NCBI GenBank assembly: GCA_037917685.1
Contig: JAVCBU010000006.1
Span: 352,001 to 416,000, forward strand
Source of the DNA: Thermoproteota archaeon
GTDB taxonomy: Archaea; Korarchaeota; Korarchaeia; Korarchaeales; JAOZGB01
DNA length: 64,000 nucleotides
Reading direction: 5' to 3'
Below, in pieces: positions 28,908-38,873 of the stretch. Position 1 is the first letter of the stretch. Every line of letters begins with the position of its first letter. Position numbers and translations under genes: made by a program. Under the pieces are notes generated by a model, which was not told the origin of the DNA, did not search any database, and saw nothing but the letters and a program-made list of their open reading frames with translations.

Positions 28908-29933
28908 ATGATGATCAGCATGAGAGAAGTAAAAATTGCTATCCTGATATCCCTACTCCTAGTTCCATCCGCTATCGTTGCGACTAACCTCTTCGTGAGC
29001 GCAGCGACACCGGCAAAGATAGTTCTCGAAAATACTACTGGAAGGACGTGGGATGGATACCATGACCAGCTGGGCTCCCTGGTCAGCGAGCTGCAGGCTA
29101 GGGGGTACGAGGTTGTTGTGGCAACCGACGGGATAACCGCCTCCATACTGCAGGGGGCCCAGGGGCTGATCATGATAAAGCCTAAGGACCCGTCAAGACC
29201 ATACACAAGTGAGGAGATCCAGGCTATTAAGGACTGGTTCAACCAAGGAGGAAAGTTCCTATGGGTTTCAAGCGATTCAGACTACATAGAGCCATTCCTA
29301 ACCGAGACCACTTTCAAGACTGACTGGATGAACGGTATCCTTGAGGCCGTAGGGACACCGCTAAGGTTCGACTACTGCAGCGTAGAGGATCCGGTTGTAA
29401 ATGCTGGGGCTCCATACAGAGTTGTTTCGAACACTACGAACAAGGACCACCCTGACGCGGCCAAGATGACGGCTGGCGTTACAAACTACCTATTCCATGG
29501 GCCAACCGTGATATGCGGCTTCAAGGACGGCAAGCTCGTAAGGTTCGAAGAGATAGAGTCAGACGAGATATTCTGGATCTTCAAGACGAGTGAGAACGGC
29601 GTGATAGTTGACAACGACCCCGCCGTCGGGCCTAAGGCCTACGAGGTTGGGGAACAGGGAAGCTTCGTGATGATGGCCGCACACAAGTATGCTGGGCCCA
29701 ACAAGGATTGTAAGATAGTAGTTTCAGCTGAGGGGCCGTACGGAGACCACGGCTCATTCACGACATCCTACAAGGAAGTCGCGCTACAGGGGCCGACAGC
29801 AGTCCTACAGATAATTGACTGGGGTATGACTGTCGAGAAGCCGGCTGCCGCACTGCCAACAACCATGATCCTAGCAATCGTTGTAGTAATAATCATTATA
29901 ATCGTAGCAATGCTCCTGCTGAAGAAAAAATAG
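28908..29933 (+). CDS. Secreted GldG/DUF4350 (GIFT-like) domain protein with C-terminal TM anchor
   Basis: Signal peptide; EEIQAIKDWFNQGG-K-LWV-SDSDY motif; hydrophobic tail ending KKK. Confidence 0.6.
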   Translation: MMISMREVKIAILISLLLVPSAIVATNLFVSAATPAKIVLENTTGRTWDGYHDQLGSLVSELQARGYEVVVATDGITASILQGAQGLIMIKPKDPSRPYTSEEIQAIKDWFNQGGKFLWVSSDSDYIEPFLTETTFKTDWMNGILEAVGTPLRFDYCSVEDPVVNAGAPYRVVSNTTNKDHPDAAKMTAGVTNYLFHGPTVICGFKDGKLVRFEEIESDEIFWIFKTSENGVIVDNDPAVGPKAYEVGEQGSFVMMAAHKYAGPNKDCKIVVSAEGPYGDHGSFTTSYKEVALQGPTAVLQIIDWGMTVEKPAAALPTTMILAIVVVIIIIIVAMLLLKKK

Positions 29934-29952
29934 GGAGGATGAAGCGAGGCAG

Positions 29953-31650
29953 TCAGTCCCTTTTACCCCCCTTCTTTATCCATACTGCTATTGCAATTAC
30001 AGCTACGAGGACTCCTGCCACCAGTACCATCTTGTTTACTTGAATGCCGGTTTTTACCTGGATTGTTTCGACAGCTGTTTCATAGGTGTTTCCAGCCCAG
30101 TCTATGGCTGAAACCTTATATTCTATTGTTTTTACATCCTTTCCAAGCTTCACCTTGAAGTTTAGCCTTCCGCCTCCGGTTTTAACATCACTCTTCCATT
30201 CACCGTTTATTTTATAGTTTAGTCTGACTTCTTTAACTCCCCATCCCTTGTCTTCAGCGTACACGCCTACTTCGAAGATTATAGAGTCATCCTGCTTCGA
30301 CCACGTGGCTTCTTCAATGCTTACTTTAGGCCTGTCCTGGTCTTCGGAGTAGTAGCATTTAACACTGGAACTACCGCCAGGGCTTATTGTGAGTTTTAGT
30401 TCAACATATCTCACTCCTTCGTAGACGTATTCAGAGCTCTTTTCTACACCCTCCACTTTGGCTTCCAAGCCCATGTCTTTCAGTCTTATGACAGGTCTAA
30501 GCTCTATTTCCTCATTGGTGGGGTTTCCAAAGGTTGCGGTCATGGCAACCATACTTCCATCATTCGGCATCTCCATGGCTGCGAATGAGCCAACCTCGTA
30601 AGTCTCCTGGTAAGATAGAGTTTCACCTTTCACTCTTATAACCCTGTTTTCAGCCTTTCCGTCAGACGGATTTGTTGGTGAAACAGTGACGATCTCGACA
30701 ACGTTGTCGTATTTCGTAACTTTGTTCCTATGGATGTGGCCTGCCAGTATGTAAACGTTTTCCCTACTGTTGAGGATTTTTAGGAGATCATCTGTTCCGC
30801 TGGGGTCGTTCTCCTTTAGAGAGTCGATGGGGTGATGGAACAAGACGAATACATGCTTACCCTTCAGTTTAGGCAGCACTTCAGCTAGCCAGCTTCTCTG
30901 ATCTTCCCTTATAATCCCGTTGCCCGAGTTCAGTATGACAATTGATATGGGTCCCACCTCCCTATACGCTATGGCCTCCCCTTCGTATTTTATAAAGAGG
31001 TCTGGCTTGTTGTTTACAAAATCGTTGTTGCCGCATACAAGTATAGCTGGAACTTCCAGCTGCAGCAGTTCATCCATGAATGCCTGGAACTGTGTCTCAT
31101 TCCTGGTATAGTCGACCTGGTCTCCGACGAATATTGCTAGGTCTGGCCTGAAACTGTTGATGTCATCTACTACTTTCCTCAAGCCTTTAACCATTTTCCA
31201 CATATGTGGCAGTAGGCTGTAATGTACGTCACCGATAACCATTATTGTAAGTTCGTCGGTGAACCTTCTTACGACCACAGAGTGAGGCTCAACTAGCGTT
31301 TGACCGTCAGCGACGACCTCAAGGTCAAAGAGCCCGATTGCGTTATCAGGAGGCCTAACAACGAGTAATGCTTCTCCACCGGTCTTTGAAGATCTTATAA
31401 TTGTTGCTGCACCCCTCCAGGTTCTATTTCTTAGATAGACCTCCCAGCTTGAAGCTTCCAGTTCAACGGTGACGTTGAAGGCCCCTCCAGGCTCTATGAA
31501 AACTGGGGTGCCCATCCTCGGTGATTCGATTCCGCTGATCGATTTTTGATGTGTAATTGCATTAGCCCTGGTGGGTATTATTAAACATAGCAAGAGTAGT
31601 ATCGCGATTTTTCTCATATTTATCCCAGTAGGCATTATCCACACTTCCAT
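29953..31650 (-). CDS. Secreted calcineurin-like metallophosphoesterase with C-terminal TM anchor
   Basis: GDVH, GDQVD, GNND, HHP, GHIH motifs; signal peptide; Ig-like C-terminal region and TM tail. Confidence 0.85.
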   Translation of the reverse strand: MEVWIMPTGINMRKIAILLLLCLIIPTRANAITHQKSISGIESPRMGTPVFIEPGGAFNVTVELEASSWEVYLRNRTWRGAATIIRSSKTGGEALLVVRPPDNAIGLFDLEVVADGQTLVEPHSVVVRRFTDELTIMVIGDVHYSLLPHMWKMVKGLRKVVDDINSFRPDLAIFVGDQVDYTRNETQFQAFMDELLQLEVPAILVCGNNDFVNNKPDLFIKYEGEAIAYREVGPISIVILNSGNGIIREDQRSWLAEVLPKLKGKHVFVLFHHPIDSLKENDPSGTDDLLKILNSRENVYILAGHIHRNKVTKYDNVVEIVTVSPTNPSDGKAENRVIRVKGETLSYQETYEVGSFAAMEMPNDGSMVAMTATFGNPTNEEIELRPVIRLKDMGLEAKVEGVEKSSEYVYEGVRYVELKLTISPGGSSSVKCYYSEDQDRPKVSIEEATWSKQDDSIIFEVGVYAEDKGWGVKEVRLNYKINGEWKSDVKTGGGRLNFKVKLGKDVKTIEYKVSAIDWAGNTYETAVETIQVKTGIQVNKMVLVAGVLVAVIAIAVWIKKGGKRD

Positions 31651-31677
31651 TTAAAATCATAGGCGGTGAGGACACTA

Positions 31678-32235
31678 TTAAACGAGTCTTTTAAATGCTT
31701 CGATCTCTTCAACGAGGGGCTTCGGCGGCCTAACGCCTCTCTGCCACTGATATATCCCTCTGTATGGTTTTTCGACCTTGTTTAGGCATTTAAGAAAGAT
31801 TACATGGAGGAATCTTATCCCAGGGTAGACCTTTACAGGGAAGTCGTGTGTCCAGTAGACCTCTATGGTGAGCTGGCCTTTGAAGCCTGCGTCAACATAG
31901 GTTGTCGGGGAGGTGAAGCCGAGCCTTGCGATAGTGGAGCGTAGTCCGCATATCGCCATAAGGTCGTCCGGCATCTCCACAACCTCTATCGTTGTAAATA
32001 GTGCTGACGTCTTGGGAGGAATCGTAACACCGTTCTCAGGCCTTTCAATCTTGAACCAGTCCCTAGGGTCGTGCTTTGCAAGGTCAAGCATTCCCCTATC
32101 CGTTCTTGGCAGTCCTATCTCTTCTGCGAGGTGAAGGTCTACACCATTCTGCTGGATAGTGTCATCGTAGAGGGGCTCTATTCTAAGTCTTCCCTCCCTA
32201 ACATAGGTTTTAAGATCGAAATCACTAAGTATCAA
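31678..32235 (-). CDS. dcd: dCTP deaminase
   Basis: MILSD, NGVDL, RSTIARLG, VDAGFKGQLTIE, G.YQ.Q.GV. Confidence 0.92.
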   Translation of the reverse strand: MILSDFDLKTYVREGRLRIEPLYDDTIQQNGVDLHLAEEIGLPRTDRGMLDLAKHDPRDWFKIERPENGVTIPPKTSALFTTIEVVEMPDDLMAICGLRSTIARLGFTSPTTYVDAGFKGQLTIEVYWTHDFPVKVYPGIRFLHVIFLKCLNKVEKPYRGIYQWQRGVRPPKPLVEEIEAFKRLV

Positions 32236-32239
32236 ATCG

Positions 32240-32884
32240 CTATATCACCTCCGTTTTAGACTCGGTTTCTGACGTAAACTCGTCAATAATGGTTGGAACA
32301 AAGGGCTTTACAAGGTTTAGCATTCTCTTAGCGACCTCCCGGATCTCCCATTGGGCTTCAGGGCCAAGTCTCAGCCTAAAGAAGTGTAGGAGCTCACGCA
32401 GGTTCATGGTGACAACTATCCCCGTCTCGGATGCCTGCGGCAGGACGAACCTCGCATCTTCAAGTGGGATGCCTAGGCTCAAAAGCCGCTTATACGTGTT
32501 AACACAGTGTTCTATGGATCTCTTAAATATTTTAGATGCCTCTGGGCAGGCCATTATTTTTCCTGGTGTCACGAAGCTGTCTATAGGGGTATGCCTCTGG
32601 CTTCTCTGGCTGTAGCTAGCGATCCTGTGGCGGACTAGCTGGTGGCTGCATGCACGGCTAATGCCTTCAATCCAGAAGGTGAACACTACGTGTTCAAAAA
32701 CGCTGTGATGCCCGGCTCTATAAAGTCCTCTGACAAGCCGCTCAACATCGCTCTCTCCAAGCTGGTTATATACTTCTCTTAGACTACTGTTGGATCTACA
32801 GACCCTAGCACAGGCCGCAATAAACCTTTCAAGCTTTACATCTTTAAACGGGTTTGAAACAGACACTAACTCTACTCTCAACAC
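32240..32884 (-). CDS. thyX: FAD-dependent thymidylate synthase ThyX
   Basis: GHHSVFEH, RHRIASYSQRSQR, EDARFVLP, AQWEIR. Confidence 0.96.
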   Translation of the reverse strand: MLRVELVSVSNPFKDVKLERFIAACARVCRSNSSLREVYNQLGESDVERLVRGLYRAGHHSVFEHVVFTFWIEGISRACSHQLVRHRIASYSQRSQRHTPIDSFVTPGKIMACPEASKIFKRSIEHCVNTYKRLLSLGIPLEDARFVLPQASETGIVVTMNLRELLHFFRLRLGPEAQWEIREVAKRMLNLVKPFVPTIIDEFTSETESKTEVI

Positions 32885-33057
32885 TAAACCATAGAACGTA
32901 CTGTAAACATAAAATGTATTATCATGCTCCAGTGGCTCAAAACATTAATGTTTATTCTTAACATTTCTATACATATTCAAAAACATACTTAGGTAAAACC
33001 AGGTTTGGCTGTAATTCTTTAAAACCATTCGTCCCATTGATACCATGGGTGCGTTGT

Positions 33058-33333
33058 ATGCTTTCGAAAATACCCATAAACATAGAATTAGTCTCCAAAG
33101 ATAGGATAGACATGGAGATTCTCAGGGTAGGTTTAATAGCCGAGCTTGACGCGATCAACCTATACGAGCAGCTTGCTGCCGTAACCGAAAATGATAAGAT
33201 AAAAGCCGTTCTTTTAGACATTGCAAAAGAGGAAAAAACTCATGTTGGAGAATTCCTAGCCCTACTGTTAACCATGGATCAGGAGCAGAAGGAGGAACTT
33301 GAGGAAGGTAGAAAGGAAGTAGAAGAGCTATGA
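33058..33333 (+). CDS. Encapsulin-cargo-type ferritin-like protein (Flp/EncFtn)
   Basis: AELDAINLYEQ...DIAKEEKTHVGEF ferroxidase pattern. Confidence 0.88.
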   Translation: MLSKIPINIELVSKDRIDMEILRVGLIAELDAINLYEQLAAVTENDKIKAVLLDIAKEEKTHVGEFLALLLTMDQEQKEELEEGRKEVEEL

Positions 33334-33388
33334 AAATTTTGGGCTAAGATTTACAATAGGTTTATTTTCAAGGTATGTCATTGATAGT

Positions 33389-33460
33389 ATGGATGATGAG
33401 GTCACTCCAGTGTGAAGGGTAGGGGACGCCCTAATGATCGCCCCTGAGGTATCTGACCAT
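33389..33460 (+). ncRNA. C/D box guide sRNA
   Basis: Terminal stem ATGG/CCAT; C box ATGATGA 33393-99; 12-nt guide; D' GTGA; hairpin spacer; C' ATGATCG; 12-nt guide; D CTGA 33453-56; intergenic. Confidence 0.82.
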
Positions 33461-33463
33461 CTG

Positions 33464-34855
33464 CTAATCCTGAGTTGACAACGCCCTTGAACACCTATAC
33501 ATGTAGTCCGCGACTTTAACAGCCTCCTCTGGAGTGGTATAAACGGGTATCCCTTGTTTTTCAAGCTCTTTAGACATCATCCTGCTGTACGGCCCCCCGG
33601 CAGCGCAGCAGATTATGGGCTTCCCTCTCCAATTGTACTCAGCTAAGACGTCTACTATTCCTTTATCCAGTGGTGTGTCTTGGAACACAAAGATGGGCAT
33701 CACAATGTCAACACTATCATCTTCTATTAAAGCCTCTATGGCCAGTCTATAATCTCTACTCGTAGCACTTCCCGTAAGGTCTATGGGGTTCTTGTCGATG
33801 ATGTATGCAGGCGGGTATTTATCTCTCAGCTTCATAACTGTTTCTCTCGAAGGTTTACCCGGCTTTATTGTTAGATCCCGCATCTTGTCTATGGCCATCA
33901 CTGCCGGTCCAGCTCCATTTGTGACCATAACCAGCCTATTGCCCTTTGGTAGAGGCTGCCACTCTAAGGCTTTAGCGGTGTTAAAAAGGTCTCTTATGTC
34001 TTCTACCAGAACAGCCCCGGCCTGTAGGGCTGCCGCCTTGAAAATCATGTATGAACCGGCCAGCCCTCCTGTATGCGACTTAGCTGCTTTAACCCCCTCT
34101 TCTGTTCTTCCGGACTTGAGTAGTAGAACAGGCTTTCTACCTGTGGTTTTCCGGAGCGTGTTATAAAATCGTCTGCCATCTCTAACGCTTTCGATGTAGG
34201 CAAGGATGATCCTGGTTTTTTCATCCTCCGCCAAGTATTCTATAAGCTCTGATTCTGTTACATCCACCATATTTCCATAGCTGATCATTTTGGACATACC
34301 TATACCTGCTTCTGCCAGCCATTCTACAATTGTTAATGCAAAAGTTCCTGATTGTGCTATGAATGCGACGTCTCCAGGCTTCGGTCTAAGGCATCTCTCC
34401 CTAGAATGGAAGAGTGTGTCAACGCCTGTTTCAGGACATAGTATTCCAATGCAGTTCGGGCCAATAGCTCTCATCCCGTATTTTCCACATATTTCACCTA
34501 TTTGCTTCTCATACTTCTCTCCTTCACCGCCTAACTCCTTAAACCCTCCAGAGATTATGACTACAGCTTTCACTCCCTTTCTTCCACATTCTTCCATTAC
34601 CATTGGCACATGAGATGCTCGTATAGCAATTACAGCCATCTCTACATCTTCGTCGATATCGGATATCGTCTTGTAGCATTTAAGTCCAAGAATCATGTCG
34701 GCTGTAGGGTTGACAGGGTATACTTTCCCCTTGTATCCGGATGAAATAAGGCTTGCCAGAATTTCATATCCTATTTTACCCTTTCTACGTGAAGCTCCAA
34801 CTACCGCTATTGAGCTAGGTTTAAAGAAGCTGTCTAACATATCATTGCCTACCAT
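33464..34855 (-). CDS. acdA: Acetate/acyl-CoA ligase (ADP-forming), alpha subunit
   Basis: AVVGAS, IGPNC, QSG, AAKSHTG (phospho-His), NPIDL. Confidence 0.9.
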   Translation of the reverse strand: MVGNDMLDSFFKPSSIAVVGASRRKGKIGYEILASLISSGYKGKVYPVNPTADMILGLKCYKTISDIDEDVEMAVIAIRASHVPMVMEECGRKGVKAVVIISGGFKELGGEGEKYEKQIGEICGKYGMRAIGPNCIGILCPETGVDTLFHSRERCLRPKPGDVAFIAQSGTFALTIVEWLAEAGIGMSKMISYGNMVDVTESELIEYLAEDEKTRIILAYIESVRDGRRFYNTLRKTTGRKPVLLLKSGRTEEGVKAAKSHTGGLAGSYMIFKAAALQAGAVLVEDIRDLFNTAKALEWQPLPKGNRLVMVTNGAGPAVMAIDKMRDLTIKPGKPSRETVMKLRDKYPPAYIIDKNPIDLTGSATSRDYRLAIEALIEDDSVDIVMPIFVFQDTPLDKGIVDVLAEYNWRGKPIICCAAGGPYSRMMSKELEKQGIPVYTTPEEAVKVADYMYRCSRALSTQD

Positions 34856-34893
34856 CCTATCCTTTTATTTATGGTTTGTTAAATACTTCGGTG

Positions 34894-36477
34894 ATGGTCA
34901 GGTTTTGGATAGATGATATAGCATACAAAGTTGTGGAGAGAGAATCGAAGCTGAAAAGAAGCCTGCATATTCTAAGGGTTGAAGCGGGAATCGGTGCGAG
35001 TGGAATACCACATATAGGCTCTGTTGGAGATGCCATAAGGGCTTTTGGGGTTAAACTCGGCTTGGAAGATCTTGGTTGTAGGTCTGAGCTTATAGCCTAC
35101 AGCGATGACCGGGATGGGTTAAGGAAGGTACCTGCGGGGATGCCTTCATGGCTTAAAGATCACCTGGGTAAACCAGTAACAGACATCCCAGACCCGTTTA
35201 AATGTCATAAAAGCTACGGCGAGCATATGAGCAGCCTACTCATCGACGCATTAGACCGTTTGGGCGTTGAATATAAATTTATCAGCGGAACTGAGGCTTA
35301 CAAGTCAGGCCTCCTTGACAAGCAGATTCATAAAATCCTAGTTAACCATAAAAAGGTCATGGGAATCGTTAGGGGGATGGTCGGATCAAGCAAGCCTGAA
35401 GACTGGATACCATACTGGCCTGTCTGCGAAAACTGTGGGAGAATCTATACTACTCATGCTTATAAGCTTCTCCCGGAAGAGAGAAAAGTACTTTACAGGT
35501 GTGAATGGAGCTTTAAGAATGTTGAGGGCTGCGGATACGAGGGGGAGGCGAAATACGTACATGGGAATGGAAAGCTGCCATGGAAGGGTGAGTTCGCTGC
35601 GAGATGGGCTGCCCTTGGTATAGTGTTTGAGGCCAGGGGGAAAGACATAGATGAATCCTTCAAGGTTAATATGAGAATATGTCGGGAAGTACTGGGTTTT
35701 GAACCTCCACTATCTATTCTTTACGAAGTCTTTCTTGACAAGTCTGGAAGGAAAATATCAAAATCTAGAGGTGAGGTGTTTACACCTCAAGATTGGCTTG
35801 AATACGCACCACCTGAAACCCTTAGATATCTCATGTATAAGAGGTTCCAGGGAACAAGAACTCTCTCAATAGAAGACGTTCCATACTATATAATAGAACT
35901 GGAAGACATGCTTAGAAAGTATTGGGCTCTAGAATCGATAAAAAATGAACGTGAAAAAGTAAATACCAAAAGAATAATGGAATATACCTTTAACCTGAGA
36001 GAAGTCCCGAAGCCTAGTCCTGTAAGCTTCTCTACAGTTCTTAACGTGATAAGAATGATGCCATGGAGCCTTGTAGGTGAAGAAACCCTTAAGAGAGAAG
36101 TTGCAAGGATCCTGTCTAAATACTATTCAGTGCCATTAGATCAGGTTCTCAGCGACGCATACATATCAAGAATGATCGACTATGCAAAGAATTATTTCTT
36201 AAAGGTTGAAAGAGGTGTCATAGAGAAGGTAAAGCTTGAACCATCGATTGAAAACGCCGTAAAAATTTTCGTGGAGAAGCTTAGCCCAGATATAGATGGC
36301 GAGAAAATACAAGACCTTATATTCCATGTGGCCCGGGAAAGCGGGGTTAAACCAGCAGAAATGTTTAGAGCACTGTACATTCTGATAACAGGCAGGGATA
36401 AGGGACCTAGGCTAGGCCCGTTAATATCTGGAATCGGGGTTAACCTCATCAAAGACCTCATTTTAAAGAAGATTTGA
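34894..36477 (+). CDS. lysS: Class I lysyl-tRNA synthetase
   Basis: ASGIPHIG, DGLRKVP, CENCG, GKLPWK, KISKSRG, GPRLG. Confidence 0.95.
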   Translation: MVRFWIDDIAYKVVERESKLKRSLHILRVEAGIGASGIPHIGSVGDAIRAFGVKLGLEDLGCRSELIAYSDDRDGLRKVPAGMPSWLKDHLGKPVTDIPDPFKCHKSYGEHMSSLLIDALDRLGVEYKFISGTEAYKSGLLDKQIHKILVNHKKVMGIVRGMVGSSKPEDWIPYWPVCENCGRIYTTHAYKLLPEERKVLYRCEWSFKNVEGCGYEGEAKYVHGNGKLPWKGEFAARWAALGIVFEARGKDIDESFKVNMRICREVLGFEPPLSILYEVFLDKSGRKISKSRGEVFTPQDWLEYAPPETLRYLMYKRFQGTRTLSIEDVPYYIIELEDMLRKYWALESIKNEREKVNTKRIMEYTFNLREVPKPSPVSFSTVLNVIRMMPWSLVGEETLKREVARILSKYYSVPLDQVLSDAYISRMIDYAKNYFLKVERGVIEKVKLEPSIENAVKIFVEKLSPDIDGEKIQDLIFHVARESGVKPAEMFRALYILITGRDKGPRLGPLISGIGVNLIKDLILKKI

Positions 36478-36547
36478 CCATCCCAACCATAACACGCTAG
36501 GAACTTATTTAACGAAAAATGGATTACAATTCCATGACGGGGTTTAC

Positions 36548-37057
36548 TTGGAAGAAGATAGCGTTAAGAAGATAATTTACGCTAGGAAAAAGCTTAAAAT
36601 AAAGATCAGAAAGCTTGAGAAGGAGCTATTCTTCTATAGAAGACTTCTTGACCTGGTTGACAGTCTTATAATAGATAAGACAATAGTTTCAGCCGAAAGC
36701 CTGCTCAAACAAGTATCAAAACCAATTATTTTGACGTCAAAATCAGGTGTTAAACTTGGAACTATAGAAAAATACGAGGACAGAGCCGTCTTCAAACCAG
36801 CTACAGACATAAAAATTCGGGTGGATAAGCCGCCCTTCTCAACATATTTTATAAAGAGAGTATTAACTGGTTGGAAAATAGTCGATGATCAGCAGGTTAG
36901 ATCTGGAGCTTTATCTCCAGACAAGATGTTCGACTATGAAATCATAGAGGAGGACAACATACTTAAGCAGCTCATATTCAAGAATCCGAGAGAGAAGCTT
37001 CCTAGACTGATGAAGCAACTGAGATGGACCATAGAGAAACAGCTGAAAATAGAATAG
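36548..37057 (+). CDS. Hypothetical protein with N-terminal coiled coil
   Basis: 169 aa ORF filling the gap between lysS and the AMMECR1 gene; PPF and RWT.EK motifs; no function recognised. Confidence 0.7.
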   Translation: MEEDSVKKIIYARKKLKIKIRKLEKELFFYRRLLDLVDSLIIDKTIVSAESLLKQVSKPIILTSKSGVKLGTIEKYEDRAVFKPATDIKIRVDKPPFSTYFIKRVLTGWKIVDDQQVRSGALSPDKMFDYEIIEEDNILKQLIFKNPREKLPRLMKQLRWTIEKQLKIE

Positions 37058-37058
37058 G

Positions 37059-37661
37059 CTAGTGCATTACAATTTCTCCCTCAGGCTCTACCTCCTCAAA
37101 TATCTGAGCCTGAAATCTGTAAACTTTCGTTTCCATATCCATCCAGGCATTAGGTGGGAGGCCTGCCTTTAGACATGTATGAGATAAGAAAGATTTGACA
37201 TCCCAGCCGAACTCGCTGCATACCTGGGGAAGTAAGACACCTTTGTAAAATCCTCTCTCAACGATTAAACCGTCCCTACCGCATTTTATAATATTAAGGT
37301 AATCCGACGGCTTATTAACCGTCACAAGCTTAGGTACGGTAAGCACGCTAACCTCAATCTTAAGTCCTGGAAGTTCTCTTCTTGTTACAGGTGGAAACCT
37401 TGGGTCCTCAAATGCTGCTGATGCAGCAGCCCTGATAGTGGCCTCTAATAGAGGGTATAGCGGGTATATGAATCCTATGCACCCTCTAAGTCTATCATCG
37501 GATGCTCTTTTCAACGTAACGAATACACCTCTCCTCTCCTTAAGCCTCTCACTTCTAACCTCCGGTGTTTCCGGGAGAAAACCGGTTTCGAGTCTGTGCT
37601 TAATAGTTTTCCTTGCCAATCCTACCAGGAATCTACCTTCCTGAAGGGTGAGTTTCTCCAT
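37059..37661 (-). CDS. AMMECR1 / TIGR00296 family protein
   Basis: GVFVTL, LRGCIG, DPRFPP, EVSVLT, LLPQV, CLKAGL. Confidence 0.93.
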   Translation of the reverse strand: MEKLTLQEGRFLVGLARKTIKHRLETGFLPETPEVRSERLKERRGVFVTLKRASDDRLRGCIGFIYPLYPLLEATIRAAASAAFEDPRFPPVTRRELPGLKIEVSVLTVPKLVTVNKPSDYLNIIKCGRDGLIVERGFYKGVLLPQVCSEFGWDVKSFLSHTCLKAGLPPNAWMDMETKVYRFQAQIFEEVEPEGEIVMH

Positions 37662-37669
37662 ATGTTCGC

Positions 37670-38248
37670 CTACTCGTATATTAACATATCATTCTCGGCT
37701 AGAATATCCCTCAACTTATATACAGCTTTAACTACATCCTCCTCTTTCTTCGCTCCTGTGCACACGAGACTTCCTGATGCGAAAATCAGGAAAACGACTT
37801 TCGGATCGCTCATCCTATATATAAGACCTGGAAACTGTTCGGGCTCATATAACGTGTTAGGCAGCTCAGAAGCCACCTTTTCGATGTCTACCTTGGCGAA
37901 TATCTTTGCCGAGGCCACTATGTTCTCAGCCTTGACCAAGGGGATTCCGCTTACCTCTATTCCGTAGTCTTGCATCTCCCTTAAGGCTTTATTCACCGCC
38001 TCGTTGGCCTCGCCAATAGATTTAGTTCCAGTACATACAAATCTTCCACTACTGAATACTAGTAGTGCGGCTTTGGGATTTCTAGTCTTGTAAATCAACC
38101 CGGGGAACCGCTCAGGCTCATATCTTGTGTGAGGAATCTTCTTCGAAATCTCCATTAAATCGAGCTTCTGATTGATACTAGCAGAAGCCACAACATTCTG
38201 TATAGTTATTTCAGGTTCCCTCTTGAATTTCGGCTTCTTACTCAACAT
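37670..38248 (-). CDS. tbp: TATA-box-binding protein
   Basis: Two repeats of NVVAS...YEPE.FPGLIY...F.SG..VCTG. Confidence 0.97.
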   Translation of the reverse strand: MLSKKPKFKREPEITIQNVVASASINQKLDLMEISKKIPHTRYEPERFPGLIYKTRNPKAALLVFSSGRFVCTGTKSIGEANEAVNKALREMQDYGIEVSGIPLVKAENIVASAKIFAKVDIEKVASELPNTLYEPEQFPGLIYRMSDPKVVFLIFASGSLVCTGAKKEEDVVKAVYKLRDILAENDMLIYE

Positions 38249-38293
38249 TAACCACCAATCGCTAATGGGTATTCTAACCTAACTTATAAACAT

Positions 38294-38872
38294 TTAAAAA
38301 TTATACCCAGCGGAGCTGGGTTCCACAATATCCTCTGATGCCTCTTCACTTTCAATTTTTTCCTCCTTCTCATGATCCTCCTTGCCTGCCCTATATATGT
38401 CAACAGCTATTAGTATGCCCAAAACACCTATAAGGATTATTTTCCCCTTTAAGGTTTGAAATGGCCAGAAAACGTATCCCAACATGGGAATCCTATATTT
38501 AACCCTTCCATATATGTCATCAGGGGTTCTATACCCTATGTCAGGCCTTGAATTAGCGTCCCCCTTCGTTTTAAACCTGTACACACCGCCTGGTTCGACC
38601 TCGATCTCCACGATCCTGTGGACAATAGGGTATCTGGAGTACGGCGTGGTAAAAACGATTATGTCCCCAACCCTTAGCTCTTCCGGCTCGACATGCTCTA
38701 CTACGAGCAGGTCGCCGACTGTAAGGTTGGGCTTCATCGATCCGGATGTTACTATGGAGAGGGGAGTTTCCACCCCGAAAACAAGGGATAACCCCTTATT
38801 CACCCCAAAATAGAGTATGACGGCCATTATTGCAAGGGTGATTAGCTCTTTTTTAGCCTCCTTAGACTCCAT
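38294..38872 (-). CDS. sec11: Signal peptidase I (Sec11-type)
   Basis: SGSMKP, GD, IVHR, TKGDAN. Confidence 0.93.
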   Translation of the reverse strand: MESKEAKKELITLAIMAVILYFGVNKGLSLVFGVETPLSIVTSGSMKPNLTVGDLLVVEHVEPEELRVGDIIVFTTPYSRYPIVHRIVEIEVEPGGVYRFKTKGDANSRPDIGYRTPDDIYGRVKYRIPMLGYVFWPFQTLKGKIILIGVLGILIAVDIYRAGKEDHEKEEKIESEEASEDIVEPSSAGYNF

Positions 38873-38873
38873 T

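Noticed and set aside
33331-33390. TGA read-through or frameshift extending the ferritin-like protein into an encapsulin
   Set aside because: The downstream frame closes after 16 codons with no encapsulin-like sequence, and the space is occupied by a C/D sRNA and acdA.
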